A stretch of 40,000 nucleotides of DNA from Pseudomonas aeruginosa (GTDB lineage Bacteria; Pseudomonadota; Gammaproteobacteria; Pseudomonadales; Pseudomonadaceae), in assembly GCF_001457615.1 (NCBI RefSeq), contig NZ_LN831024.1, positions 1,554,773-1,594,772 on the forward strand. Direction: 5' to 3'. Shown here piece after piece: positions 24,510 to 34,423 of the stretch. The translations under genes and the position numbers were made by a program. The notes below the pieces were generated by a model. It did not search any database. It had not been told where the DNA came from and was given only the letters and a program-made list of their open reading frames with translations. The stretch's first letter is position 1, and every line of letters starts with the position of its first letter.

Positions 24510-25730
24510 ATGATGAAAACCCATCCGCTGTTCCCCGTACTTCTTCTTTCCAGTCTTTCGGCCCTGGCCGCTTCGCCGCCGTCCGAGGCGTCGAAGACCG
24601 GCAAGCCTTTCCCGCATGTCGGCCTGCGCAGCGACGACGGGCGCAGCAGCCTGGATATCGGCGGCGCGCTGCGGGTGAACTACCGCGACGAACACTGGAA
24701 GAGCACGGAAAACAATGGCCGCCTACTGTTCGATACCTTCCGCCTGGATATCCAGGCAACCCACGAGGACTTCTTTTCCGACCTCGGCTACTGGTTCCAG
24801 GACGACGGCAAGCGGGCCATCGACCGCGGCTTCGTCGGCTATCGCTTCAGCGACCTATCCAGCCTGCAATTGGGCGCGCCGTTCAAGCCGTTCGGCCTGG
24901 AGCCCTATCCGCAGTTCGGCTGGAGCTACCACATCCCGTTCTTCCTGGGCTACGGGGTCAGCGCCGGCAGCGGCGCCAAGTACGTCTACAAGGACGCCGA
25001 CTGGCATGTCCAGGCCGGCTATTTCCCACGGATGCTGCCGGGCGGTGTGCGCTATTCGCCGGAAGTCGGCCGTTATACCGACCTGGACGACAACGCGGTC
25101 GCGGCGATTCATTCGCGGCAGGACAACGAGAAACGTGACCAGCTCAACCTGCGGGTCGCCCGTAATCTCGCCGGAGATGGCTGGAAAAGCGAGTTGGGCG
25201 CGTCGCTGGCGGCCTCGCGCCTGTACAACGCGACCACCAGGGACGATGGCCGCTACTGGGCGGCGGGGTTGCATGGCGTGCTCAACGCCGGCAACTGGAC
25301 GTTCAGCGGCGAAGCCATTCGCTACGCTTTCGATCCGAAGAACCCGGCGGGCGTCAGCGACGACGTGGTACTCATGGGTACCAACGGCCTGACCCCGGCC
25401 TACCTGATGGCCGCCAGGGCCTCGGTGGCGTCCTTCAACGTCGCCTACGACGTGCCGACGCCGAACCTGGGCATGCTGAAGAAGCTGCGCTTCTACAACG
25501 ACTACAGCCGCATGTTCAAGGACAAGGCCGGCTGGGACGACTCGCAGATGTATACCGCAGGGGTGCAGTTCTTCGCCTTGCCGATCATGGGCTGGCTGGA
25601 CTTCACCTGGGGACGCAACGCCAATCCCTACGGCGGTGCCGAGAGCGGCACGGGCTTCAGCAGCACCAGTTCGTCGCGCAGCAACGAGTGGATATTCCGC
25701 ACCAACCTGAACATCGGCTACTACTTCTGA
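24510..25730 (+). CDS. Outer-membrane beta-barrel protein (porin-like), 406 aa
   Basis: Signal peptide MMKTHPLFPVLLLSSLSALA. Alternating amphipathic strands rich in Y/G/N/D. C-terminal ...NLNIGYYF ends in an aromatic residue, an OMP signature. Confidence 0.8.
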   Translation: MMKTHPLFPVLLLSSLSALAASPPSEASKTGKPFPHVGLRSDDGRSSLDIGGALRVNYRDEHWKSTENNGRLLFDTFRLDIQATHEDFFSDLGYWFQDDGKRAIDRGFVGYRFSDLSSLQLGAPFKPFGLEPYPQFGWSYHIPFFLGYGVSAGSGAKYVYKDADWHVQAGYFPRMLPGGVRYSPEVGRYTDLDDNAVAAIHSRQDNEKRDQLNLRVARNLAGDGWKSELGASLAASRLYNATTRDDGRYWAAGLHGVLNAGNWTFSGEAIRYAFDPKNPAGVSDDVVLMGTNGLTPAYLMAARASVASFNVAYDVPTPNLGMLKKLRFYNDYSRMFKDKAGWDDSQMYTAGVQFFALPIMGWLDFTWGRNANPYGGAESGTGFSSTSSSRSNEWIFRTNLNIGYYF

Positions 25731-25745
25731 ACGGCGGAAAAAACG

Positions 25746-25768
25746 AAGCCCCGCCAATTGCGGGGCTT
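25746..25768. terminator. Hairpin terminator between convergent genes, best suited to the minus-strand transcript
   Basis: AAGCCCCGC-CAATT-GCGGGGCTT. An A6 run on the plus side (25737-25743) becomes a U-tract after the hairpin on the minus strand. Confidence 0.7.
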
Positions 25769-25791
25769 GCTTGCGGTGTGGACGGCGCTGC

Positions 25792-25980
25792 TCACAGGTC
25801 GAAGTCGTAGTCCGACAACTGGCGCTGCAGGCGGCGTTCTTCCAGCAGGTTGTCGATGATGCGACGCTTGGTCAGGTTGGTCTTGGCCACCTCGACGCTG
25901 GTTTCCTCGCCGTCATCCTCTTCAACGCCGGCTTCGTCGTCGATCTCGAGTTCTTCTTTGGCTTTTGCCATGACATTCAC
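25792..25980 (-). CDS. Small, highly acidic PA3496-family protein (62 aa or shorter from an internal Met)
   Basis: MNVMAKAKEELEIDDEAGVEEDDGEETSVE...LLEERRLQRQLSDYDFDL. Position downstream of nth matches PA3496. Confidence 0.7.
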   Translation of the reverse strand: MNVMAKAKEELEIDDEAGVEEDDGEETSVEVAKTNLTKRRIIDNLLEERRLQRQLSDYDFDL

Positions 25981-26079
25981 TCCAACTTATGGGGTGGTAA
26001 TGGCGCACCTTATAGCGACAAAGCCGTGGCTGGTAAAAAAGATTTTTTCAATCGTAAAGATAGGATTTCGAATAGTTGA

Positions 26080-26718
26080 TCAATCGTCTGAAGTCTTGTG
26101 CTTGTATTCGCACAGGTCCTCGATCCGGCAGCTTCCGCATTGCGGCTTGCGCGCCTTGCAGACGTAGCGGCCATGCAGGATCAGCCAGTGGTGGGCATCG
26201 AGCAGGTACTCGCGCGGCACGAACTTCAGCAGTTTCTTCTCCACCTCCAGAACGTTCTTTCCCGGTGCTATGCCGGTGCGGTTGGCGACGCGGAAGATAT
26301 GCGTGTCCACCGCCATGGCCAGTTGCCGGAAGGCGGTGTTGAGCACCACGTTGGCGGTCTTGCGGCCAACCCCGGGCAGGGCTTCGAGGTCCTCGCGGTT
26401 GTCGGGGACCTGGCCGCCGTGCTTTTCGATGAGGATGCGGCAGGTTTCGATGACGTTCTTCGCCTTGCTGTTGTAGAGGCCGATGGTCTTGATGTACTCC
26501 GACAGCCCCTCGACGCCGAGGGCGTGGATCGCCTCGGGGGTGTTGGCCACCGGATAGAGGCGGGCGGTGGCCTTGTTCACCCCGACGTCGGTGGCCTGGG
26601 CGGAGAGGATCACCGCGATGAGCAGTTCGAAGGGGGTGGTGTAGGCCAGTTCGGTCCTTGGCTCGGGGTTGTCTTCGTGCAGTCGGCGGAAGATCTCCGC
26701 GCGCTTGGCGGCATTCAT
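26080..26718 (-). CDS. nth: Endonuclease III (DNA glycosylase/AP lyase), 212 aa
   Basis: HhH-GPD motif ([13 protein letters not shown]) and C-terminal 4Fe-4S cluster loop C-x6-C-x2-C-x5-C ([17 protein letters not shown]). Confidence 0.95.
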   Translation of the reverse strand: MNAAKRAEIFRRLHEDNPEPRTELAYTTPFELLIAVILSAQATDVGVNKATARLYPVANTPEAIHALGVEGLSEYIKTIGLYNSKAKNVIETCRILIEKHGGQVPDNREDLEALPGVGRKTANVVLNTAFRQLAMAVDTHIFRVANRTGIAPGKNVLEVEKKLLKFVPREYLLDAHHWLILHGRYVCKARKPQCGSCRIEDLCEYKHKTSDD

Positions 26719-27431
26719 TCAATCACTCCGGTGACGCGGACGCGCTGGCGCTGGGTGGCGGGTACGTCGCCCGCCTGCACCTTGGCGCGTTCCGCCAGGC
26801 TTTCATCGATACGGTTCTTCAGGGCGATCAGCAGGCCGAGCATGATGAACGCGCCCGGCGGCAGGATCGCCAGCAGGAAGCCCTGGTACTGCGGGAACGG
26901 CTGGATCTTCCAGTCCGCCGCCGCCGGGCCGAACAGCAAGTGCATGTCGGCCAGCAGGGTACCCTGGCCGAGCAGCTCGCGCAGGCCGCCGAGGACCAGC
27001 AGGACCAGGGCGAAGCCGAGGCCCATCAGCAGTCCGTCGAAGCTGGCGCGCAGCACGCCGTTCTTCGCCGCGAAGGCCTCGGCGCGGCCGAGGATCACGC
27101 AGTTGGTGGTGATCAGCGGGATGAAGATGCCGAGGACCTGGTACAGCTCGTAGGTCCAGGCCTGCATCAGCAGTTCGATGCAGGTGGTCAGCACGGCGAT
27201 GATCATGACGAACGCCGGTAGCCGGATCGCCTCGCTCACCGCGCCGCGCACCAACGATACCGCGGCATTGGAGCAGGCCAGCACGAGCATGGTGGCCAGG
27301 CCCAGGCCGAGGGCGTTGACCGTCGAGTTGCTGGTGCCCAGCAGCGGGCACAGGCCGAGCAACTGGACCAGGCCCGGGTTGTTGCGCCACAGGCCGTTGC
27401 GGGCGATCTCGCGGAAATCTTGTTCACTCAT
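26715..27431 (-). CDS. rnfE: Rnf/Rsx electron-transport complex subunit E
   Basis: Polytopic membrane protein with [17 protein letters not shown]. Paralogous to the rnfA product. Operon context supports it. Confidence 0.9.
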   Translation of the reverse strand: MSEQDFREIARNGLWRNNPGLVQLLGLCPLLGTSNSTVNALGLGLATMLVLACSNAAVSLVRGAVSEAIRLPAFVMIIAVLTTCIELLMQAWTYELYQVLGIFIPLITTNCVILGRAEAFAAKNGVLRASFDGLLMGLGFALVLLVLGGLRELLGQGTLLADMHLLFGPAAADWKIQPFPQYQGFLLAILPPGAFIMLGLLIALKNRIDESLAERAKVQAGDVPATQRQRVRVTGVIE

Positions 27432-28068
27432 GTCCGGCAGCCTCTTCGGGGGCGAGCAGGCGTTCGCGGTTGGCGTCGAAGTAGCGCAGCGCCTTGTGCA
27501 CGGCGCGGACCACGGCGCGCGGGGTGACGGTGGCGCCGGCGAACTGGTCGAACGTACCGCCGTCCTTCTTCACCGCCCAGCCGGCGTCCGCCGGATCGCC
27601 CAGGCCCTTGCCGTCGAAACCGTGCACCCAGGGACTCTTGGCCAGTTCGATGCGGTCGCCGAGGCCGGGGGTTTCCTTGTGCGCGACGACCCGCACGCCG
27701 AGCAGCCGGCCCTGGGCGGTGACCCCGACCAGTAGCTGGATGGCGCCGCTGTAGCCATCCGGCGCGCTGGCCTGGAGGATGACTGCGCTGGCCTGGCCGT
27801 GCAGGCGGGCGACATAGGCCGGACGCGGCGCATCCAGGCCGAGCAGCTTCGGCGCGAAGGTTGGCACCTGGCTGTCCAGCGGATGGTTGTCGTAGCTGCC
27901 CGGCGGCAGCAGTTCCAGCAGGGCGCGGCCGCGCGCCTCGCGCTGGGCTTCGGCGATGCGCGCCTCTGTGAATTGCTGCACCAGGGCCACCAGGCCCACC
28001 CCGACCAGGGCGAAGAGCCCGAGCAGGAGGGCGTTGCGCAGCATCGAGCGGCGAGTCGCGGCGTCCAT
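27424..28068 (-). CDS. rnfG: Rnf/Rsx complex subunit G (FMN-binding), 214 aa
   Basis: N-terminal TM anchor, and an FMN attachment region GATVTPRAV (S/T-G-A-T). Start ATG at 28068 overlaps the rnfD stop (ATGA). The upstream part of the track ORF was rejected. Confidence 0.88.
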   Translation of the reverse strand: MDAATRRSMLRNALLLGLFALVGVGLVALVQQFTEARIAEAQREARGRALLELLPPGSYDNHPLDSQVPTFAPKLLGLDAPRPAYVARLHGQASAVILQASAPDGYSGAIQLLVGVTAQGRLLGVRVVAHKETPGLGDRIELAKSPWVHGFDGKGLGDPADAGWAVKKDGGTFDQFAGATVTPRAVVRAVHKALRYFDANRERLLAPEEAAGHE

Positions 28069-29102
28069 CAGTCGCCTGCCTTGAAGCCGCGCTCGGCCTT
28101 GCGATGGCCGTAGGTGCGCGGCCGGGTGTAGTAGTCGATGGTCGGCGCCGCCAGGTTCATCAGCAGCACGGCGAACGCCACGCCATCGGGATAGCCGCCC
28201 CAGGCGCGGATGACGTAGGTGAGGACGCCGACGCCGAGGCCGAAGACCAGCCGCCCGCGATTGCTGGTGGCGCCGGACACCGGGTCGGTGACGATGAAGA
28301 AGGCGCCGAGCATGGTCGCCCCGCTGAACAGATGGAACAGTGGCGAGCCATGGGAATCGGAGCCGGAACCATTCCAGAACAGCAGGCTCATGGCGAACAG
28401 GCCGGCGAGCATGCCCAGCGGCGCGTGCCAGGTGAACAGCCGGCGCCAGAGCAGGAACAGGCCGCCGAGGAGGAACGCCAGGTTGACCCACTCGCTGCCG
28501 GCGCTACCGAGGTGGCCGAAGGCCGGGTTGCCGGCGAACAGCTCGTCGACGGTCAGGCTGCGGTCGGTCTTCAGCACGTCGAGGGCGGTGGCGTGGGCCC
28601 AGGCGTCCGGCCGGGTAGCGAGACCGAGGAATTCGCGGAGGCTGTCGGGCAGGCCGAGGGCGCTGTCCGGCGAGGGCCAGCGGGTCATTTCCAGGGGAAA
28701 CGAGACCAGCGCCACGACGTAGCCGAGCATCGCCGGGTTGAACGGGTTCTGTCCGAGGCCGCCGTACAGGTGCTTGCCGAATACCAGGGCGAAGAAGGTC
28801 GCCACCAGGGTCAGCCACCAGGGGGCGTAGGGCGGCAGGGCGACGGCCAGCAACAGGGCGGTGACCAGCGCGCTGCCGTCCTTGAGGAACACCCCCGGCG
28901 GACGTTTGCGCAGGGCCAGCATGGCGGCTTCGCAGGCCAGCGCGACGAGGCTGGCCCAGGCCAGGTTGAGCAGGGTGCCCGGGCCGTACAGCCAGGTCAG
29001 CGTCAGCAGGCCGGGGACGCAGGCGCCGAGCACCAGGCGCATGATCGCCGGGGTACGGTTGGAGCCGCGGGCGTGGGGCGAGGTGGGGCGGGGCAGGGCC
29101 AT
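28068..29102 (-). CDS. rnfD: Rnf/Rsx complex subunit D (344 aa)
   Basis: Polytopic NqrB/RnfD-like membrane protein with SGATSN-type FMN-binding context (TDPVSGATS). Start at MALPRPTS. Confidence 0.88.
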   Translation of the reverse strand: MALPRPTSPHARGSNRTPAIMRLVLGACVPGLLTLTWLYGPGTLLNLAWASLVALACEAAMLALRKRPPGVFLKDGSALVTALLLAVALPPYAPWWLTLVATFFALVFGKHLYGGLGQNPFNPAMLGYVVALVSFPLEMTRWPSPDSALGLPDSLREFLGLATRPDAWAHATALDVLKTDRSLTVDELFAGNPAFGHLGSAGSEWVNLAFLLGGLFLLWRRLFTWHAPLGMLAGLFAMSLLFWNGSGSDSHGSPLFHLFSGATMLGAFFIVTDPVSGATSNRGRLVFGLGVGVLTYVIRAWGGYPDGVAFAVLLMNLAAPTIDYYTRPRTYGHRKAERGFKAGD

Positions 29103-29104
29103 GG

Positions 29105-31429
29105 TCACTCCGTGCCGTGTTCGGTCAGGGCGCGCTCGGCGGCGCTCAGGCGCGCGCGGGCGGCGGCGAGTGCGGCGGCGTCGGCGTTCGCCAGGCGTTC
29201 GAGCTTCTTCAGGGCGGCGCGGGCGTAGGCCAGCTCGGTCTTCAGCTCGCGGATGCGCGGGTCGACCGGGCGCTTGTCGATCCGCACCAGCTCCGGCGCC
29301 GGCTTGCCGCAGGCGTCCTCGGCGGCATGCAGGTCGCGCTCGGCGGCTTGCAGCTCGCCGCGCAGGCGTTCCAGCTCGCTGTCCATCACCCCGGCCTGCT
29401 CGGCCTTCTTCAAGGCCGCGCGCTTGCCGACCAGGGCGATCTTCGCCCGCTTCAGCGCCGCCTGGCCGTCGTCGCCGGGCGCCGCGGGCTTCGGCGCGTG
29501 ACGCTCGAGGCGGGCCAGGGTGGCTTCGCAACGCTCGACCTCGGCGCGCAGTTCGTCGAGGGTCGCCCGCTGCTCGGCGCCGGGCGCTTCGCCGAACGCC
29601 TTTTCCGAGCGCTTGAGCTGGGCGCGGGCCATGGCGGCCTGGGCCTTGGCCTTCTTCAGTTCGGCTTCGTCGTCGAGCGCGGCAGGCGGTGCGCTGGGTA
29701 GGTCGCGCGGCAGGCTGGCTTCGGCATCGGCCAGGGCCTTGTCGGCGGCCTCGGCGGCGGCGCGCAGTTCCGCGACCAGGCCATGCTGTTCCGGGGTGTC
29801 GTGGCTGAGCAACTGTTTCTCGGCCTTCTTCAGGGCCACCCGCGCCATGCTCGCTTCGATCTTCAGCCGTTTCAGCCGTTCGCTGCCGCTACCGGCCTGC
29901 TTGCGCGCCCTGGCCCGCTCGATCGCCGCCTGCACCGGGTCGACCGCCGTGGCGGGGGCGGCTTCCTCGCGCTCGGCCTGGGCGGCGCGCGCCAGCGCAG
30001 CCTTCTCCGCGCGTTGGGCGCGTTCTGCGGCCCGGCGCTCCTCGTCGCGGCGCAGGCGAGCCTGGCGTTGCTCGAAACGCTCACGGGATTGTTCGGCCTT
30101 CAGCAACTTCTGCCGCTGCTCGCGGATCTCCGCCTTGGACGCGCGGTAGTACTGCACCAGGGGAATGCTCGACGGGCAGACGTAGGCGCAGGCGCCGCAC
30201 TCGATGCAATCGAACAGGTTGTGGGCGAGCAATTGCTCGTGCTCGTCGCCCAGGGCGAAGAAATGCAGTTGTTGTGGCAGCAGGCTGACGGGGCAGACCT
30301 GGGCGCAGTCGCCGCAGCGGATACAGGGCATGGCCGGCACTGGTTCCGGCAGCTCCGTGGCATCGCCGGCGAGCAGGCAGTTGCAGGTCTTGATCAGCGG
30401 CACCGAGAGATCGGGCAGGGCGAAGCCCATCATCGGCCCGCCCATCAGCACGCGTTCCAGGCGTCCCTCGGCGAGGCCGGCGAACGCCAGCAACTCGTGT
30501 ACCGGCGTACCGATCAGCGCCTCGACGTTCATCGGCCGCTCCAGGGCGCCGCCGGCGAGGGTAGTGATCCGCGAGATCAGCGGCCGACCGAGGACGACGG
30601 CATCGTGCACGGCGGCCAGGGTGCCGACGTTCTGGCACAGGATGCCGATGTCCGCCGGCAGGCCGTCCGCCGGGACTTCCCTGCCGGTGAGCAACTGGAT
30701 CAGCTGGCGCTCGCCGCCCGAGGGATAGCGGGTCGGCAGGGCGACGATACGATAGGGCCGTTCACCGAGGGCGGCGCCGAGGGCGGCGATGGCTTCCGGT
30801 TTGTCGTCCTCGATGCCGACCAGCACCTCTTCGGGGCACAGGATCTGCACCAGGATATCGATGCCGCCCAGCACCTGCGTGGCGCGCTCGCGCATGAGCA
30901 GGTCGTCGGCGCTGATGTAGGGCTCGCATTCGGCGCCGTTCACCACCAGCGTATGGATCTTGTCCGCCGGGCGCGCGGCGAGCTTGGCCGCGGTGGGGAA
31001 GCCGGCGCCGCCGAGACCGCCGATGCCGGCCGCGCGGATGCGTTCGAGCAACGCCAGCGGACTTTCGGCGCGGAAGTCCGGGCAGGGATGCAGCTCGGTC
31101 CAGCGCTCCAGGCCGTCGCTGGCGATGACGATGGCCGGCGCGGGAAGACCGGAGGCATGCGGATAGGGGTGTGCGCCGATCGCCACCACGGTACCCGAGG
31201 TCGGGGCATGCAGCGCGGCGCTGACGGTGCCGTCCGGGAGGGCGATGGTCTGGCCCTTGAGTACGGCCTGGCCGACTTCCACGCAAGGCCGCGCCGGCGC
31301 GCCGATGTGCTGGCCGAGCGGCACGATGTAGCGCTGCGCCAGCGGCGCCTGCTGGATCGGCAGGGCGGTGGAGCGCTCCTTGTTGGCCGGCAGGCAGAGG
31401 CCGCCGGGGAAGGCGTGCAGGGCGCTCAT
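29105..31429 (-). CDS. rnfC: Rnf/Rsx complex subunit C with a long Ala/Glu/Lys/Arg-rich C-terminal extension (774 aa)
   Basis: NADH/FMN-binding-like core [10 protein letters not shown]. Two 4Fe-4S motifs ([24 protein letters not shown]). About 330 aa of repetitive coiled-coil-like tail. Start at [10 protein letters not shown] overlaps the rnfB end. Confidence 0.88.
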   Translation of the reverse strand: MSALHAFPGGLCLPANKERSTALPIQQAPLAQRYIVPLGQHIGAPARPCVEVGQAVLKGQTIALPDGTVSAALHAPTSGTVVAIGAHPYPHASGLPAPAIVIASDGLERWTELHPCPDFRAESPLALLERIRAAGIGGLGGAGFPTAAKLAARPADKIHTLVVNGAECEPYISADDLLMRERATQVLGGIDILVQILCPEEVLVGIEDDKPEAIAALGAALGERPYRIVALPTRYPSGGERQLIQLLTGREVPADGLPADIGILCQNVGTLAAVHDAVVLGRPLISRITTLAGGALERPMNVEALIGTPVHELLAFAGLAEGRLERVLMGGPMMGFALPDLSVPLIKTCNCLLAGDATELPEPVPAMPCIRCGDCAQVCPVSLLPQQLHFFALGDEHEQLLAHNLFDCIECGACAYVCPSSIPLVQYYRASKAEIREQRQKLLKAEQSRERFEQRQARLRRDEERRAAERAQRAEKAALARAAQAEREEAAPATAVDPVQAAIERARARKQAGSGSERLKRLKIEASMARVALKKAEKQLLSHDTPEQHGLVAELRAAAEAADKALADAEASLPRDLPSAPPAALDDEAELKKAKAQAAMARAQLKRSEKAFGEAPGAEQRATLDELRAEVERCEATLARLERHAPKPAAPGDDGQAALKRAKIALVGKRAALKKAEQAGVMDSELERLRGELQAAERDLHAAEDACGKPAPELVRIDKRPVDPRIRELKTELAYARAALKKLERLANADAAALAAARARLSAAERALTEHGTE

Positions 31430-31992
31430 GCCGCTCGCTCCCGGTCGCTGGCGATCAGTCGCGGCGACGGCTGCGGCCATTTCCAGTGGCGCACGTCGTC
31501 CGGTATCTCGCGCATCTCGATGCAGTCCACCGGACAGGGCTCCAGGCACAGGTCGCAACCGGTGCATTCGTCGGCGATCACCGTGTGCATCAACCGTGCG
31601 GCGCCGACGATGGCGTCCACCGGGCAGGCCTGGATGCACTTGGTGCAGCCGATGCATTCGGCCTCGCGGATGTAGGCTACCCGCGGCGGGGTTTCCTCGG
31701 CGGCGTCGAGCGGCTCGGGCTCCAGGTCGAGCAGGTCGGCGAGGGCGCGGATGGTCGCTTCGCCGCCCGGCGGGCACTTGTTGATCTTGTCGCCGGCGGC
31801 GATCGCCTCGGCGTAGGGCTTGCAGCCGGGGTAGCCACACTGGCCGCACTGGGTCTGCGGCAACAGGGCGTTGACCTGCTCGGCGACCGGATCGCCCTGG
31901 ACGCGGAAGCGCACCGCCGCATAGCCGAGCAGCGCACCGCCGGCCAGGCAGATCGGCAGCAGCGCGCCGATCGCCAGGAACACGCCGTTCAT
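31426..31992 (-). CDS. rnfB: Rnf/Rsx complex subunit B (polyferredoxin), 188 aa
   Basis: N-terminal anchor, [13 protein letters not shown] cluster motif, and two CxxCxxCxxxCP ferredoxin motifs. Confidence 0.92.
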   Translation of the reverse strand: MNGVFLAIGALLPICLAGGALLGYAAVRFRVQGDPVAEQVNALLPQTQCGQCGYPGCKPYAEAIAAGDKINKCPPGGEATIRALADLLDLEPEPLDAAEETPPRVAYIREAECIGCTKCIQACPVDAIVGAARLMHTVIADECTGCDLCLEPCPVDCIEMREIPDDVRHWKWPQPSPRLIASDRERAA

Positions 31993-32573
31993 GGCCGGAC
32001 CAACCCACTGAAGCCCATGAACGCCAGCGACATCAGGCCGGCGGTGATCATGCCGATGGCCGCGCCGCGGAACGGCGCCGGCACGTCGGCGATGGCGATG
32101 CGCTCGCGCAGGGCGGCGAACAGCACCAGCACCAGGGAAAAGCCCAGCCCGGCGCCGAAGCCCTGGGTAGTGGCCTGGAGGAAGCCGTATTCAGCCTTGT
32201 TGGCGTTGAGCAGGGCGACGCCGAGGACGATGCAATTGGTGGTGATCAGCGGCAGGAAGATGCCGAGCACCCGGTACAGCAGCGGGCTGGTCTTCTTCAC
32301 CAGCATCTCGGTGAACTGCACCACCACCGCGATCACCAGGATGAAGCCGATGGTGCGCAGGTACTCCAGGTCCAGTGGGCGCAGCACGTAGCGTTGCAGG
32401 ATATGGCTGCACATCGCCGCCAGGGTCAGGACGAAGGTGGTGGCGAGGGACAGGCCGATGGCCGTCTCGATCTTCCGCGACACGCCCATGAACGGGCACA
32501 GGCCGAGGAACTGCACCAGGACAAAGTTGTTGACCAGGATGGCGCTGACCAGGATCAGGGCGAGTTCAGTCAT
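31989..32573 (-). CDS. rnfA: Rnf/Rsx complex subunit A (194 aa)
   Basis: Six-helix membrane protein with [16 protein letters not shown]. First gene of the rnfABCDGE-nth string. Confidence 0.92.
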   Translation of the reverse strand: MTELALILVSAILVNNFVLVQFLGLCPFMGVSRKIETAIGLSLATTFVLTLAAMCSHILQRYVLRPLDLEYLRTIGFILVIAVVVQFTEMLVKKTSPLLYRVLGIFLPLITTNCIVLGVALLNANKAEYGFLQATTQGFGAGLGFSLVLVLFAALRERIAIADVPAPFRGAAIGMITAGLMSLAFMGFSGLVRP

Positions 32574-32670
32574 ACGCGAAGCATTCGTTGCAGGGCCGGG
32601 GCCGTCGGGGGAAATCCCCTATTATCGGGTGGGATTGCCCTGCAAGGCTAGCGCAAACACGTACGAAAGA

Positions 32671-32701
32671 CCGGGAGACGGACTGCCGTTGCGTCTCCCG
32701 G
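32671..32701 (-). terminator. Hairpin terminator after tsi3
   Basis: CCGGGAGACG (32671-32680) pairs with CGTCTCCCGG (32692-32701). On the minus strand the hairpin is followed by TCTTTCGT. Confidence 0.6.
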
Positions 32702-32709
32702 GGTCGCGC

Positions 32710-33147
32710 TCACTGCAACCTGGCCCGCTCCAGCAGCGCCCAGGCCAGGGCGAAGGTCGGTTCACCATCCTCGCTCTGCTCGCTGGCGCTGACCACGATC
32801 CACCGCGCGCCCGCCGGCTTGGCTGCCCACAGGCGGTATTCGCTGCCTGCGGAGCCGCCGTCGTCTTCCTCTACCTTGTAGCGCGCCTCGCCGTCGCCCA
32901 GGCGCCTGCTCGCCAGGTCGGGCGGGGGCGGCGCGTCCTGGCGCTGGACCTCCAGTTGGCGTGGGTTGCGCAGCTTGCCGCCTTCGTCGAAGCGGAAGCC
33001 CTCGGCGCTGCGCCGCGCGTCGAAGCCGACGGGGCGCTCCACCACCAGGCCGTTCGGGTGGGTCAGGGTCTTGTCGAAGTCCACCCCGGACTCCGCGGTG
33101 CAGGCCAGCAGGGCGAGGCTGGCGAGAATCAGGGCGACTGTCTTCAT
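32710..33147 (-). CDS. tsi3: Periplasmic immunity lipoprotein for Tse3 (145 aa)
   Basis: Lipoprotein signal MKTVALILASLALLAC. ATGA overlap with tse3 indicates translational coupling. Sequence and position match PA3485. Confidence 0.88.
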   Translation of the reverse strand: MKTVALILASLALLACTAESGVDFDKTLTHPNGLVVERPVGFDARRSAEGFRFDEGGKLRNPRQLEVQRQDAPPPPDLASRRLGDGEARYKVEEDDGGSAGSEYRLWAAKPAGARWIVVSASEQSEDGEPTFALAWALLERARLQ

Positions 33148-34370
33148 GGGAACCTCATTCCAGGGTCGAGGAAGGTGGCGTAGGCATCGTCGACGAACAT
33201 CGGCCAGCCCGGCGACAGGTTGTCGTCCCAGGGCCGCGAGGTGTATTCCGAGGCCAGCGCGCGGACATTGTCCCGCGGCCAGTTGCGCGGATTGCCGGCG
33301 TAGGCGCGGAGATCGATGGAGGGAAATGCGCCGCGGGTCTTCGGCAACTTGCGCAGGTCCTGTTGCGACGCGAGGTTGGCGACGTAGCGGATGTAACGGG
33401 CGGTGGCGAAGATGTTGAATTCGTCGGAAGCCAGCAGGGTGGCGACCGCCTTGCGCGACAGACCGCGGCGCACCGGCTGGCCGAGCAGGTCGGTGAACAG
33501 CTCGTACTTGATCGCGGTGGAGACCACCACCTGGCCGAGGCCGATGGAGGTGTTGGCGCTCTTGATGCTGACTGCCGCCTGATAGTCCTTGGCGTCTTCG
33601 TCGCGGGTCTGGTCACGCTGCTCGGCGAGGATGATCGCGCCGATCAGTTGCGGCGTCAGGTCGTACTTGCGCGCGGCCGCGGACATGACCTTGGCCCGCG
33701 ACGGCGGGTTGCCCGGATAGGCGTCGGGGAACAGCGTGCTGATCGGCTGGCCGACCAGCGTCTGTGCCTGGTTCAGCTTGTCTTGCGGCGAAAGCTGGCT
33801 CAGGTAGGCGCCCAGGTCGCCGAGCGGGTTGCTGTACTTGGTGACGGTCGCCGGGTCCTTGTTGAGCAGCTTGAGCTGGTCGCCGAAGGCAATGGACGGC
33901 AGGTCGGTCGGATTGACGCCGGTGGCGCCGACCCCGCTGAACGGACCCTGGATCGCCTGGCTGGCCACCCCGGTGGCGCCGGCCGCGGCGAAGCCCAGGC
34001 GGCCAGCGGCGTCGGCGAGGTCGGCGCAGATGTCGAAGAAGGTGATGGTGGGGAAGTAGATCCAGTTGTCGGTCTGGGTGCCCAGGGGATTGTTGATCAG
34101 GCTGCGGATCAAGGCATTGCGTGCCTGGTAGCGCTGCATGGTGGTGCGCCCGGCGATGCTGGCGATCAGCGAGCGCGCCAGTTCCGGCGGGCCCACCCGC
34201 TGGAACAGCTTGATCAGCGAGCCGCTCTTGTCGAGTGCGGCGATGGTCGCATCGGGCACGTTGTCGTTGCGGATCGCGGCGATCACCCGGCGGGCTTCCT
34301 GGCGGGTCACCTGCCAGTCGTCCCAGCTATAGGAAATCAGTGACTCGATCAGGTCGCTGGTGGCGGTCAT
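33144..34370 (-). CDS. tse3: Type VI secretion exported effector 3, peptidoglycan muramidase (408 aa)
   Basis: MTATSDLIESLISYSWDDW... with a lysozyme/SLT-like region (IILAEQRDQ...SIGLGQV). AGGAGG RBS. Length and position match PA3484. The 701-aa track ORF is an upstream extension. Confidence 0.9.
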   Translation of the reverse strand: MTATSDLIESLISYSWDDWQVTRQEARRVIAAIRNDNVPDATIAALDKSGSLIKLFQRVGPPELARSLIASIAGRTTMQRYQARNALIRSLINNPLGTQTDNWIYFPTITFFDICADLADAAGRLGFAAAGATGVASQAIQGPFSGVGATGVNPTDLPSIAFGDQLKLLNKDPATVTKYSNPLGDLGAYLSQLSPQDKLNQAQTLVGQPISTLFPDAYPGNPPSRAKVMSAAARKYDLTPQLIGAIILAEQRDQTRDEDAKDYQAAVSIKSANTSIGLGQVVVSTAIKYELFTDLLGQPVRRGLSRKAVATLLASDEFNIFATARYIRYVANLASQQDLRKLPKTRGAFPSIDLRAYAGNPRNWPRDNVRALASEYTSRPWDDNLSPGWPMFVDDAYATFLDPGMRFP

Positions 34371-34423
34371 CGGTCTTCCTCCTTGTGAGTTGCCAGGCCC
34401 GTCAGGCGGTCCTGGGCGAAAGA

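Noticed and set aside
29105-30110. Possibility that the periodic signal in the rnfC 3' region is a DNA tandem repeat or CRISPR-like array
   Set aside because: The repeats are degenerate and only evident at the protein level. There are no exact direct DNA repeats with unique spacers, and the region is in frame with rnfC.
28104-31675. Plus-strand ORFs of 374 aa, 251 aa, 209 aa and 630 aa opposite rnfD/rnfC
   Set aside because: They are antisense to genes with unambiguous Fe-S and membrane motifs. The repetitive A/R/G content mirrors the RnfC tail on the other strand.
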